Below are positions 39,957 to 54,883 of a stretch of 64,000 nt of DNA, piece after piece (the first letter of the stretch is position 1; each line of letters starts with the position of its first letter). Source of the DNA: Eledone cirrhosa (lineage: Eukaryota); NCBI GenBank assembly GCA_964016885.1, contig OZ024741.1, positions 111,848,001 through 111,912,000 of the forward strand. Direction: 5' to 3'. The translations under genes and the position numbers were made by a program. Below the pieces are notes generated by a model. That model did no database searches. It had not been told where the DNA came from and saw nothing but the letters and a program-made list of their open reading frames with translations.

Positions 39957-41230
39957 AAAATAATGAAGTTGATATAGGAGCGGGAGTCAGTAGGTTTGTA
40001 GAAGATGTAAGTTTAGGGCGTGCATTGATAAGGATATGCCCAGAAATTGGACAGATAAGAAGCAGTTGAAAGTAAAAAGCTCTTCTTCGAAAACACATCT
40101 GCAGGGTATTTAAGGAAATTCTCTTAATTCGTATCCTGGAAATTGACTTTTTATTTCTTCACAGAAGCCCCTGTCCTAAACGACACGACTCATTTCTTCA
40201 CAAAGCTTGTACTTACTTTAATTTATGGATTTAATTGACCATTTGCGTTTAACCACTACCAATCATCACTAGTATTGTTTTTCTCCTGACGATAGTTGTT
40301 TGTTATTGCTATTTAAGGTGGCAATTAACTTTTAAAAAAAATATACCAAACAAAACTAAAAGGTAATTATTAAGTGTATTGTATCGTTAAAGACAGATTT
40401 TCTGATTCACTTGTAACATTCTTCTAACAATAAAGAGTGTTAATTATCCCATCCTTCCTCTTTTATGCCAACATGTGAAAAAGAAGTATCCGAATAAAGA
40501 ACATAGAAGAGTAGAAGATTTCGGTGTGTTTGAACTAACACAGGACGTATAGAACCTAACATTAGTAGTCTTTGTCGTCTGACTCACAGTCAGGAATTAT
40601 GAGAATGTGGCTTTGTCTCTTGGGCAAAGCTTGAAACGATTCTACACTTCTCATGGCAATTGAACTAATCGAACTCTCTCCTATCGACAACTTGTTGTTA
40701 ACATAAACCATCACTAGTTTCCTAGGATTCCGGATGAAGAAAAGTGAATTATTGAAATAAGAAGAAAAAATAAAAATAATATAAAACAACGACAAAACAA
40801 AGATGGAAATGATTAAAAAAGAAGAAAAGATGTTTTAAAATAAATGAAAAAAGTAGAAAAAATAAGCAGATGGTGTTTTGTGTCTCTCGTTTTCAAAAGA
40901 AATATATTTTGCTTTGTTTCGCGATCACTTTTAATGTCTAAAAAATAAAAAAAAGACTTTTATTTTTATTTTACAGTAGTTGTAGCAGAGTATTAATGTC
41001 TGAAACTTAAAGCTATTACTTTGTAAAACACGTGAAGGGCTCAAACCTTGGGAGATATTAACACACAATGGCTTTCGTGAACTTTGAAAATGAGATCAAT
41101 TCTATTTATTAATTCTCTGTAGTCTTCATGAATGAATTACGTGTAAATCTCATTCTTTCCAAACCCGTGCATGCACACTCTAACACACACACACATTCTC
41201 ACAATATTATATATATATATTATATATATA

Positions 41231-41309
<79 letters not shown>

Positions 41310-41416
41310 ATATATATATATGTATATATATTTGTATATATATATGTATATATTTGTATATATATATGTATATATATGTATATATTTATATATATTTATA
41401 TATATATTTATATATA

Positions 41417-41828
<412 letters not shown>

Positions 41829-42003
41829 ATGTTGAAAAGGTAACACACCAGAGAGAGATATACAGTGCGCTATCAATAAAACAGGGAAAAAAACCACCAG
41901 TGTATGGAATCTATAACCTATGAAAGGCAGACTATAGACACGATAATTAAAAATATAAATTAAAGCGTAAATAAATACCTCTATAACTATATAACACACG
42001 TAC

Positions 42004-42173
<170 letters not shown>

Positions 42174-42248
42174 ATATATATATATATATTTGTATATATA
42201 TATATATTTGTATATATATATATATATTTGTATATATATATATATATT

Positions 42249-42297
<49 letters not shown>

Positions 42298-42420
42298 GTG
42301 TATGTATATATATGCACAAACCTACATATACACACAGCTAGACATACATATACACGCATAGTAAACAATGTAATACGCTATTTTTATTCTGGAAACATAA
42401 TTTGATACTATATATATATA

Positions 42421-43279
42421 TATGAGGTCTGTCAGAAAAGTAAATGGACTTAACCGGTTGTGTGATCTATGAGTGGAATAGGGGTTAACGTGTTGCGCCA
42501 TCGTGTCACGTAATACCCGAGGAGTATATAATTGCGATCTCAGCTCTCTGCAGCCACTGTATGTTTTTTCACGTGCTTTATTGTTAATAGCTCCTCAGTT
42601 TTAGGCCGTCGAACGATAGGCAGAGCAGCGAACCTGCTGAGTAAAACTCCGCCAGAAGCACTCGGAATACTGCAGCAAGTGTACGGAGATGAGACGATGT
42701 CGCGCTGACAGGTTTTCGAGTAGCACAAAAGGTTCAAATAGGGAGGCGAGGACATGGAAGACGGCCCCAAGAACGGCAAGTCTTCAATGAGCAGGACTGA
42801 GGGCAACGTTGAGCGCGTGAGGCAGGTGGTATGTGATGATTGTCGGCTGACCTGTCGGCTGATCGCAAGTGAGCTGAACATGAATCGGACTGTCTGGAAG
42901 AGTTGTGGCAGGACAACTCGGAGCTGTTTCACCCCAACAAAGAGCAGATTTACAACGCCCTGCACATCCAAACAATTCCTGACCGAGAGGAACAATGCCG
43001 TGCTGGAACAATTTGCCTTCTCATCCGACCAGGCTCAGTGTGATCTTTTCCTTTTATCCAAGCTCAAGAGGGTCATCAAGAAGACTTTGCCGGACGTGGA
43101 AGCCATCAAGAGGGCCGTGACGACAGAGCTTCCAGGAGTGCATGAAGGTGAGGTTGAGAAAATGGAAAAGTGCATTAGACTCGAGGGAGATTATTTCGAA
43201 AGGAGAAACCTTGTAGTTTGTAGATATTTAAGATATTTTTTGCGACCCCAGTTCTGTTTCGTTTCTGACACACCTCGTA
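42421..43279 (+). mobile_element. Internally deleted mariner transposon
   Basis: TA-bounded TIRs tatgaggtctgtcagaaa / tttctgacacacctcgta; transposase relics VYGDETMSR, NVERVRQVV..D.RLT, FSSDQAQCDLFL (YSPDLAP-like), CIRLEGDYFE. Confidence 0.85.
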
Positions 43280-43307
43280 TATATGTATATATATGTATAT
43301 GATATTA

Positions 43308-43362
<55 letters not shown>

Positions 43363-44105
43363 CTATATATATATCCAGGTACTTCCGTCACCTCTAGAGC
43401 ATCACTCTCTCCGATCTACACCGTCACCATGATTTCACCAAGTGTTTCCTCTACTATTCTTCGCTGGTTACTCTTTTCGCAATGCGACCTTTTGTCTTAA
43501 GCTACCACACCAAGCATCTACGCTTCAACTTTCGCACGTTCACTAAACTCCACAAACTCCAATCTCTCCTTCACCCCACCGACACGGATACACATCTAGA
43601 ACAGAAGCACTCTCTCACAAGATGCCGCTCAAATGCACACACGACGCAGCACCACTGATTTACCCGAACGCTCTGCCACCTCGACTACATAAACACCCAC
43701 ACGCAGGGAAACAGTCGCTTTTACACTCCTGTCCACTTCAGTTCGTTCACCCTTATCTTTTCCTCATCCACCTTCTTCTCTCCCTTAGTTTCACTCTCGT
43801 TTCTTTCTCGATCACTGACTGACGTCCGATACGCTGAGGACACTTCTGTTTCCATTTCATACAAACGTTAACCTACAATAATAACACCGCACGTATATGT
43901 ATGAATGCGTGTATGTTTGTGTGTGTGTGGTGTGATGTGGTGTATGTGTGTGAGTGTGTATGTGTATTTTATGTACTGTTTATATGTGTGTTTCAATGTC
44001 GGCATTCCTTCAGATTTATGCATGTAAAATGTAAGAGTGCTTTGTAGTTTATAAAGAAGCTTTTAACAAAAGAACTTTATGGTCTGATGGATACTGATGG
44101 TCATC

Positions 44106-44171
<66 letters not shown>

Positions 44172-44587
44172 GTCTCCCTATCTATGTGTTTATATATATA
44201 TGTATATACATATTTATGCGTGCACATATATATGTATACACATAGACAAACACATATATATATATGTATACACATAGACAAGCACATATATAAGCATGTA
44301 TATACATATATATATATACACCCACAGATGCCTCTTGAGAGTTAGTAGTTCAATTTTGTGATTATTTAAAGTAACGCCACAACTTTTTCAGATAGAAACC
44401 TCAAATGATATCCAATTCCACTACAATGATAAACTTCTCTTTATTTTTTTCCATTCCTTATATTTATTACTGTTGTTATGTTTATTATTATTATCGTGTT
44501 TATCATTATTTTTATTATATTTATCATTATTATTACTATATTCATTATTTTATTTTATATTTATCCCTATCGTATTCATTATTATTA

Positions 44588-44642
<55 letters not shown>

Positions 44643-45037
44643 ATAATGATGATGATGATGATGATGATTTCTCTTATTTTATGTATAAAATAAAATAAAA
44701 GATATTGTTGTTGTTGTTTTCGTACAAAAAAGTTAAAACGATGTTTTACTAGTCAATGGAATAATAACTGCCAATATACATTATGGAATTGCTTCTGCTT
44801 TTTGATGTCTTGGTTGATTGTGTGTATATGTGTGTGTGTGAGTGTGTGTGCCTTTTTGTGAGTGTGTGTGTGTGTATGTTTATGAATGTATGTATGTCTG
44901 GATATTTGTGAGTGTATGTGAGAAAAGAGGTCAGTGTTTGTATGTGTGTGTGTTTATGGAACTGGTTGAGGGCTTGTGTATGTCTACGAGGTTATTTATG
45001 TCTGTTTATGTGTGTGTAAGAATATATATATATATAC

Positions 45038-45130
<93 letters not shown>

Positions 45131-45179
45131 TGTATGTGTGTGTGTGTGTATATATGTGTGGATATATATATATATATAA

Positions 45180-45235
<56 letters not shown>

Positions 45236-45331
45236 GTGTGTGTGTATATATGTGTGGATATATATATATATATGTATATATATATAATATATATATATAT
45301 ATGTATGTATATATGTATATCTAAACGGTTG

Positions 45332-45363
<32 letters not shown>

Positions 45364-45406
45364 ATATATATATATATATGTATGTATATATGTATATCTA
45401 AACGGT

Positions 45407-45487
<81 letters not shown>

Positions 45488-45512
45488 ATATCTATATCTA
45501 TATCTAAACAGT

Positions 45513-45560
<48 letters not shown>

Positions 45561-46134
45561 CATATATATATATATATGATTATATATATATATGATTATA
45601 TGAGTGAGAGTGCATATCCACATGCGTATGTGTATGTATACATGTCTGCGCGTATGTGTAGATGTGTAGTTGCATGTGTGTCGATGTGTATGTTTGCATA
45701 TACATGAAGTATGTGTATGAGTATGTGTCTGCAAGCGACTACCACATACTTTCATCTGTCAGCCATACCAAATTATTTCAAGTTCTCTCTGAAGAGACAT
45801 CAAATGAGGAAGGCCCTGTACAGTCTTTTGACCTGATAGTCAAATATCCCTCATATTCACAGTCTATCACTTTAACAACGGAAATGTTCCAATGACGACG
45901 ACAACAAAAACAGCAAAGTATGTGAAGGCACTTCTATGCGGTCATTCGATCTGCTAGAAATAGAAGTCGGAAAGCCGTCCGATTACATAGGGTATGAAAA
46001 AAAACAAAAAAAAAAACAAAAAAAAAACAAAAACAAAAACAAAAACAAAAAAAAAACATCACCGGGTTAGAAGCTGGTGGTGGAATTTGAAAATTGAATA
46101 GAATTAATAACTTCGTCTGATGCTGTTTATTTTC

Positions 46135-46350
46135 TGGTGGGCTGGATTGGCAACATCGGTAGAGCGTCGGAAGACATGCTTTGCGGCATATATTTACGTC
46201 CCTTTACGTTCTGAGTTCAAATCCTGTCGATGATAACTTTGCTGTCGAGGTCGATAAAATAAAGTGTCAGTAACGCACTGGGGTCGATTTAATTGACTTT
46301 TGCCTGCTACAAAATTGTTGTCCATGTGCCTAAAACAGAAACCATTATTA
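46135..46350 (+). mobile_element. Family 1 SINE, diverged (further copies about 56020-56200, 56258-56450, 575-720)
   Basis: A box tggcaacatcgg, B box gagttcaaatcc, shared 3' body. Confidence 0.7.
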
Positions 46351-46732
46351 CACTATTGTCTGTAGTGAAAAATCTTGCAAAATACTAATTGAATTCAATA
46401 ACAAAAATTAAAGTACCATCGATAAAATATCATATATCCTAATAATCATTCGATAATGAGTGTCCTAGGGCTAAACGACCAAGTTATACTCTTTTAGGTG
46501 GACGCCGTGACTTCGCGCTTTTAACATGAGAGAACGCCACTCGTTTGCTCCGAAACATATCCAGTAACAGCGACTAAAAAGAATGAAATCGAAGAACTAA
46601 GGGAAATTTTGAAGGTTATTATAATTTTGTGTACAAAATATTTGTGGCAAAAGGATTGTTGGAACGGCAATGTGAACGTTTTCCTCTTGATCTCTTCACA
46701 TAGTTGATTCTGAGAGAGAGAGAGAGAGATAG

Positions 46733-46789
<57 letters not shown>

Positions 46790-47189
46790 TAGAGAGAGAG
46801 AGAGAGAGAGACTGCCCTCAGTACTTGACCACCATTACCCTGAATAAATGAATTGCAAAGCTAACCTCAGCTGTATTTGAATTCTAGGTAAATATTTACT
46901 ATTACACCTGCCTCACTTAATAAGTGAAATCTATGTTTATTAATGTTTTTTTTAATGTAATTTGAACAATTATGGCCATTAAAACCACCGAATATCATTC
47001 ATGTTTAGTTAATTGGGGTGGGGGGCGACGAGGCACCGGATTTGAAGACTGTATTCGTTAAAAAAAAATCAAAAACCATAGGGAAACATAAATGTTACCT
47101 CTAAAGTAAGACAAGTAATAATACAAAATTACCGAGACTAATGTATACCGCAAATCATTTTATCCCACGCCGTGATGACTCTGACAATC

Positions 47190-47690
47190 CACCACCTTAA
47201 AGACATCAGTATAATATCAATACAGAAGTCCTCGAGAAAGGCAAGATCACCAGTATCGAACCATTCTTATGAAGACACAGCTGCGGTGGGCCTAGTATGT
47301 CTCCAGATTGGCAGACCATCGCCTGCCAAAGATCGTACTCTATGGAGAATTGTCTTCTGGCTGTTGAGACAGCGGTGTGTCTAAAGAAGACATAGAAAGT
47401 ACGTAACGTCGACCCCCACCAGTGGTCCATCCAGGTTGCTGACCACCATGCTTGGCACCCTACCATCCGGCAATCTACCAACGAATTTGAGACAACCTAT
47501 CGTGTCGACCTGGAGGAGAGGACAGCCGGGCGGATAGGCTGTGTCAAGGCGGAGCCAAGCACAACATAGATGTTTCTTCCCCGCCACCACTGTGTGAGGA
47601 TCTTCAGATCCCGGATCGGTCGCATCAGTCACCAGTGTGCGTGCATATAGGGAGTACAAGTGTGTATAGTGGTCGATGATCTGATACCAT
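47190..47690 (+). pseudogene. RTE/BovB-like LINE C-terminal remnant
   Basis: Frameshifted EVLEKA...ILMKTQLRWA...RLADHRLPKIVLYGELS and a terminal CHHC...RIGRISH zinc-finger-like relic. Confidence 0.7.
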
Positions 47691-49291
47691 GTCTAAACAA
47701 ACTGTTGGAATGTGGTTGATTCACATGAACACAACACAAAATCGACACAATACAAAATTGAAGGTAATTGTTCCTATTATTACACCCTTCTTGGAGACGG
47801 GTGTTGTGAATTTCTCGGGTGGGGGAACCAGAAAACACGTAATTTACAAATGTTTTGAAGGTCATATTTGTTTAAAATATAAAAAAAATCATAGGAAAAA
47901 CAAATTTGACGAAGAGGGACGTAATAAAAATAATACCAAAGTCAATAATACGAGAATACTTATTTGAATCTGAAGCATAAAAATCTTGGACGTGTAAAAC
48001 TCGACAATATCAGAACCGGTACCCGACAAGTATAACACTTTAAATAACAAAATAAGAAAATATATATATATATGAGGACAAAAGGAATATGCCTGAATTA
48101 AAAGTTATGTATGCGTTAGTCTAGAGAAAATGTTTTGACATATTGGTTGGTGTATAAGTGTGTTCTATCGGGTGATTCTCTGTTGTCAGGGTTTATGTTT
48201 GTGGGCATCTGGTGTATTTATACGTTTGTGTGTTTAATTTCGTTTACTATTGTTCACTGTGTACATGTTGGTGTCTTATGTATTATTAATACATTGTTCC
48301 TTATGTATGCATTAGTCTACAGAAAGGGTTTGGCATTTGGATTGGTTTATTGCTGTAATGTTATGTAAGGCTGTATGAGTTCGTTCTCGTGTGTAGTGTT
48401 TACTGTGGTGGGGTGACTTAAACTTTTTTTGTTCATAATGTTGGGATGTATTTATTACGCGGTATGTTGCTGTGTAGTGCGTTGTGTGTTATACCCGTTA
48501 TGGGTATCTAAAGGTTAGTTGTGTGTGTGAGTGTGTGTGTATGTGTGAGTAGTAGTTACAAGTTATCTTACCTTCGGGCTAGAGACACCACCATTTAAAA
48601 ATTACGCACACAACAAAACGCATACAAAATATACACATAATACCAACCCCCCAACCCAAACATAAGGCATGTGACATAACTTATCTACCAATCACAGAGA
48701 ACTACTCGATTATGCAATGTAAACTCGACACCTTCACCTAAAAATACTCACAAAAACATATATTCTCATATATATATCTTTCCACAAACATTAATCAAAG
48801 GACAATGACAGCTGAACTAAAGCCAACATCCAGAACCAACACACAAACATAGACTCTAGCCAGATAGAAACATGACTGCATTAACATACTATCTTTATGA
48901 CACAAAATGCTCAGACCCATAAAATACGATTTTGATAAGTGACCAGTCAGGGAAAAAATATATAACGGAAGCTCAGCCCCCAGCCACTTTCCATAAAAAT
49001 AACTTTTAACTACACCCACTATATGACTTAAAACAATTTCATTTTAATGTTGTGCTAAAGTTTATTTTTACTTTGGTTTCAATGTCGATTTCTCTTCTAT
49101 TTTCCCAATAAATCTTCTACCTGTCAACCACTGTATACGTCTGGCCCAAATAGTTGGACATGACTAAAGTTATCACAATCTGATTAATTTCCCATTTTGC
49201 CGTCGAAACCGTTTAAGCTTGACTGTGGGGCATTAGATACTATGACAACACACATATATATATACCGATTGTGTTGTTATATCTGTTTACC

Positions 49292-49335
<44 letters not shown>

Positions 49336-49367
49336 ACACACATTTATATATATATATATATATATAT

Positions 49368-49659
49368 GTAGGAGGTGAGTTTTATTGTAGTACAATAAAG
49401 CAATGCAGATATCGGATAAGAAGCACTCTACAGTTTGTGGGACTGGAGTATGCATAATATAAGATCAAAAGATGGTTAAAGGAGTTCCATATATTTTATG
49501 ATATGAAGGCTAAAAAAACACTGAAGTGCTTTTTTAGCCTTCATATCATGTTCTCCTGTTTTATCTGATGAAAACGCAAATATTATTGTTTGATGATGTT
49601 TGTTTTTGAAATGCGCATAATAAAATATATGGAACTCCTTTAACCATCTTTTGATCTTC

Positions 49660-49665
<6 letters not shown>
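49368..49665. mobile_element. Solo foldback pLTR of the 30133-37343 element
   Basis: Near-identical to 30133-30265 (inverted part) and 37205-37343; HHR at 49559-49625. Confidence 0.85.
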
Positions 49666-49696
<31 letters not shown>

Positions 49697-49780
49697 TTTA
49701 TTAAAATAACAGATTAAAGATATATATTTATCCTTATCGAGCCCTCTCTGGATTTTAGTCTTCAAATTTATTATTATTAC

Positions 49781-49898
<118 letters not shown>

Positions 49899-50196
49899 TA
49901 AAAGGTGAAGTTGGAAATAGCTCGGAAAATATATTTTAGGGTCTTTTTTTCGTTTTTTCTTTTCTTTGATTCGTCAAAGTGACATTATTGAAAAAATGAG
50001 GGGAACAGTTCTTTTAAAAAAGAGTTTTAAAGTATAAAAAGTATTACCGGTTCCTGTGTATTATTAAAATTCATCTTATCAACTATTGAGTATTACTATT
50101 ATAAAGAATTAATAAGAATTAAAAACTAAAAATTGAAGATTTAAAATTAAGAGGTAAGCTTCTTTCATCTTCCTTGCTGAGAAGGAGATTGGATAT

Positions 50197-51088
50197 TTTA
50201 CACTCAGCCTCAGCCTTATGTCCAGGTCAGTAAAAATATCTTTTCCTGGGTCCTGTATTTTCGTTGCTCTGGTAATGCGGTCGGACTGCCGACTGCTATA
50301 TCTGATTTGCTAAGCTGTCTGAACATAATGTTATTACTCTGGGGTCTTACCTCATCTGAGTGCTAAAGCTACAAACCGAATAAGCATACACGCTAGCTTG
50401 GCCGTATACTAGAGCTTCGTCTATGCTGTACTAAAATTTATATTTACTCCTAGAATTAACGATTAACTGATTAATTTTATTTGATGATTCTATTGATTAA
50501 TTAATTGTTTAAGTTTGTTTGATAACTTCTAGTCGAGTGCTTTATTCGGTTTGAATAAGGGGATTCATTCCTTTATCTCAAATTAGAATACACCGCCTAA
50601 GCGGGGGTTACCTCCCTTGGAGAAAACCACGTGTCTGTGCCGACCTTTAAAGTCACAGCATACCCGCTTTGGCTAAGAACGAAAGACTTGCTGAAGAAGT
50701 AAATCCTATGTTCTGTCGTCAAAAACCATTATATTGCAGACTCCTGCAATAGGAATTTGTCGATCATGGATTTGCAGAAACTTAGCGCTGTCGTTGCGTG
50801 TGATATTGCGATCAATATTGTGGAAACACCATGTGGATTATATATTTTACACTCAGCCTCAGCGTTATGTCCAGGTCAGTAAAAAATCTTTTCCTGGGTC
50901 CTGTATTTTCGTTGCTCTGGTAATGCGGTCGGACTGCCGACTGCTATATCTGATTTGCTAAGCTGTCTGAACATAATGTTATACTCTGGGGTCTTACCTC
51001 ATCTGAGTGCTAAAGCTACAGACCGAATAAGCATACACGCTAGCTTGGCCGTATACTAGAGCTTCGTCTATGCTGTACTAAAATTTTT
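50197..51088 (+). repeat. Direct repeats of about 245 bp (50197-50445, 50840-51088) around a spacer of about 400 bp
   Basis: Near-identical copies ending at (TA)n; homolog at 10223-10412. Confidence 0.75.
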
Positions 51089-51108
51089 ATATATATATAT
51101 ATATATAT

Positions 51109-52439
51109 ATGAAAAAGTGAGTCCTCATCAGTGACCCTCCAACCGTCCTCGGCATTTCATCGCTTTAAGGGCCATATGCCTCAGGTTGGTGCGAACAACG
51201 GCTAAAAAAAGTCGTTGGGACACGTAAATAAGGGGGGGACATTAGAGTAACAACAAAAGGGTTATAGCAACGGAAAGTGAGTAGAAATAGACAAGTCCCA
51301 GATCTCTATGAATATAAACTCTGTGAAATCGTGAACAAGAGACGAAAGACCATCGAACCTGGTAGAAATGTGAGCAAGGAAAGAATTTCGCCCAAGTTCG
51401 ACAGGGGGGAAAAAGGAGAGAGAGAGAGAGAGAACGAAAACTGGTCTACGAATTCGGTAAACGCAAGTTTTGTGAAGTCGCAGACGAAAGAGAGAGAGAA
51501 AAAAAATTATTACCAGCTCGGTCAAGACTGCGCGAGAAAAGAATTACACACAGGTCAAACTTGAAGGAGGAGGAGGAAAGAGGAGGAGGAGAGGTAGTGA
51601 CAGAGAATGAGTGAGTGAAAGTTGAGGAGAGGGTAACAGAGAGGAAACTGCTAAAAGTGGTAGAGATACAAGGAACGAAACAGACAGGCAGCATGGAAAG
51701 TATATGTGTAAATATGGTGATAATGGAGCTGCGGCGTTGCAAATGGGATACATATGAAAAAGTGAGTCCTCATCAGTGACCCTCCAACCGTCCTCGGCAT
51801 TTCATCGCTTTAAGGACCATATGCCTCAGGTTGGTGTGAACAACGGCTAAAAAAAGTCGTTGGGACACGTAAATAAGGGGGGGACATTAGAGTAACAACA
51901 AAAGGGTTATAGCAACGGAAAGTGAGTAGAAATAGACAAGTCCCAGATCTCTATGAATATAAACTCTGTGAAATCGTGAACAAGAGACGAAAGACCATCG
52001 AACCTGGTAGAAATGTGAGCAAGGAAAGAATTTCGCCCAAGTTCGACAGGGGGGAAAAAGGAGAGAGAGAGAGAGAGAACGAAAACTGGTCTACGAATTC
52101 GGTAAACGCAAGTTTTGTGAAGTCGCAGACGAAAGAGAGAGAGAAAAAAAATTATTACCAGCTCGGTCAAGACTGCGCGAGAAAAGAATTACACACAGGT
52201 CAAACTTGAAGGAGGAGGAGGAAAGAGGAGGAGGAGAGGTAGTGACAGAGAATGAGTGAGTGAAAGTTGAGGAGAGGGTAACAGAGAGGGAGACTGCTAG
52301 AAGTGGTAGAGATACAAGGAACGAAACAGACAGGCAGCATGGAAAGTATATGTGTAAATATGGTGATAATGGAGCTGCGGCGTTGCAAATGGGATACATA
52401 TGAAAAAGTGAGTCCTCATCAGTGACCCTCCAACCGTCC
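51109..52439 (-). mobile_element. 645-bp tandem non-coding element (two units plus a stub), family H
   Basis: tcatcag at 51125, 51770 and 52416; diverged solo copy at 58755-59140 (+). Confidence 0.85.
51124..51189 (-). ncRNA. Candidate non-circularly permuted hammerhead (also 51769-51834)
   Basis: ccaacc tga [ggca-TA-tggccct] taaagcgat [GAAA-tgcc] gaggac ggttgg [agggtca-CTGATGA]. Confidence 0.65.
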
Positions 52440-52441
52440 GC

Positions 52442-52478
<37 letters not shown>

Positions 52479-53418
52479 CACACCGAAGAAATCAGCTGAG
52501 GTTATATCTGGAGGAGAATGAACCTCTATCACCAAGTTTATTGCTACTAATACACGCCGTGTATCATAACAACGTTCTTCCGAGTCCATTAGAAGTTATA
52601 GGATCAGTGATGAAATCATCAGAGCGTGATTTTAGGGACCTTTAACTACTATTTATAACAAATCGATTAAAAAGAAATATTGAGACTCCTCGATTGGCTC
52701 GCAAAAATATCAGTTTATAAATCTAAATTTGCTATCACGAAACCTTACCCAGGCATTGACGGTCTTAGACAAACATGTGTATGCAGAATATGGATTGATA
52801 AAAAAACAAAAAAACACGAGTGTTATGACATTAAAAAGAAAAAATCTTTCGAAAGCAAAAATAATATAAGATTTTTTATTGACGCTCTTTGTGGAACAAA
52901 TCTTCAAGCTTCATAGGTTATTGATAAATATTTATTGAGTCCTAATGGAAAGCTGAAAATTCCAGCTACGATTTTTGCCAAGAGTTAATTTAAACACGGT
53001 GTGTTTAGCATGGAAATCATATTCGTGTCAGTAGAATTAATGCAATATTTGAAATGTCCATATGCATATGCGTTCGTTAATAGGTGTGCAAGTATGTATG
53101 CACATGAGTGTACATATATATTTATATATACTTGTATTTGTGTGTGTGTGCATGAGTGTATGCGAGCGTATATATATACATATATATATATATGAATGCG
53201 ACGTATATGTGACAATGTGTGAGGAAGACAGAAAGAGAGAAGGGGAGAGCCAGCGAATGACAGAGAGAATGTACATGGTTCAGAAAATATGCAAATATGT
53301 ATATAATGTGCATATATATAAAAGGCTTATGTTTATTAAATTCCCCTTTCTCTGTGTGTGTATCTCTCTTCCCTTTTCTTTCTCAATATATATACATATA
53401 TATATATATATGTATATG

Positions 53419-53510
<92 letters not shown>

Positions 53511-53795
53511 CAAGAGAGCGAGTGAGAGAAAAAGGGAGGGGGATAAAGAAAGAGTGAGAGTGTGTACGGTGGGTGAGTTTGCTTGTGCATATGTGTGTAG
53601 CTTAACATACTAGTATGCATGCATGATAATAAAATTAAAGAGTTCAGTATAAAATCATTTGCAATAATAATATGGAAATATCACAATATTAAAAAATCCT
53701 ATCATCCCATCATTCCATCATTCCAACAACCCATCTATTCTAACATAAAAATAGACGTGAAAGGAAAACAAAAAGCAATTCTCCTCACACTTTAC

Positions 53796-53955
<160 letters not shown>

Positions 53956-54136
53956 TAATATACAGGCGTATACGAAAATATAGACATATATAATACGTTT
54001 ATATACAATAAATATATGGTTAGCCTCGCTGCCGAAGAAAAATATTTTTTTCGTAACGAAAAACATTTTATTTTTTTCTATATTCTTCCATGAATATATC
54101 ACAGAGTTGCTAGTACATTCTGAGAATGTCATACAG

Positions 54137-54180
<44 letters not shown>

Positions 54181-54185
<5 letters not shown>

Positions 54186-54810
54186 ATGCTTTGGGAGGGT
54201 CATGTTGCCAATAAGAAACACACGCACCAGTTGCTTTCACTTCAATTTATTATAAATTAAATTTATAAATTTAGGAATTTATAAATTTCCGGTTGGTTGG
54301 TTTCACAACCAGAGGATTGTTCATATATTGTCAAAGTTCTTTCGTCACACATTCTGTTAATTAGGACAATTAAGGACAACATGAAAACACACACATAGAA
54401 CAAACAACCAACCAGTAACATGTAAATAAACAAATAAATAAACAAATATAAACACACACAGACACCCGGATGTAACACATGCACAAACTAAGAACACAAC
54501 TAAACACAAAAACAAGATGGCGTAGGACAGAACAAAGGAGAGGCACAAAAACAAAGAAAAGAATCCCCAGTCACTGAAGAGGTCACAGAAGGTGTGACGA
54601 AAGAACTTTGACAATATATGACCAATCGTCTGGTTGTGGAACCAACCAACCAACCGGAAATTTATAAATTTAATTTATAATAAATTGAAGTGAAAGCAAC
54701 TGGTGCGCGTGTGTTTCTTATTGGCAACATGACCCTCCCAAAGCATAACAATATCGGTTTCAACACACGTTTTCAGATAAAGAATCTTGCTAAACAAATT
54801 CAGAAACGAA

Positions 54811-54812
<2 letters not shown>
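54181..54812. mobile_element. Solo foldback pLTR of the 16349-20977 family, HHR at 54570-54612
   Basis: 54362-54812 matches about 20516-20977; 54181-54357 is an inverted part. Confidence 0.85.

Positions 54813-54883
<71 letters not shown>

Noticed and set aside
50590-50680. Twister or HDV-like ribozyme (ccgcctaa...)
   Set aside because: Only a small hairpin; the required pseudoknots and conserved loops could not be built.
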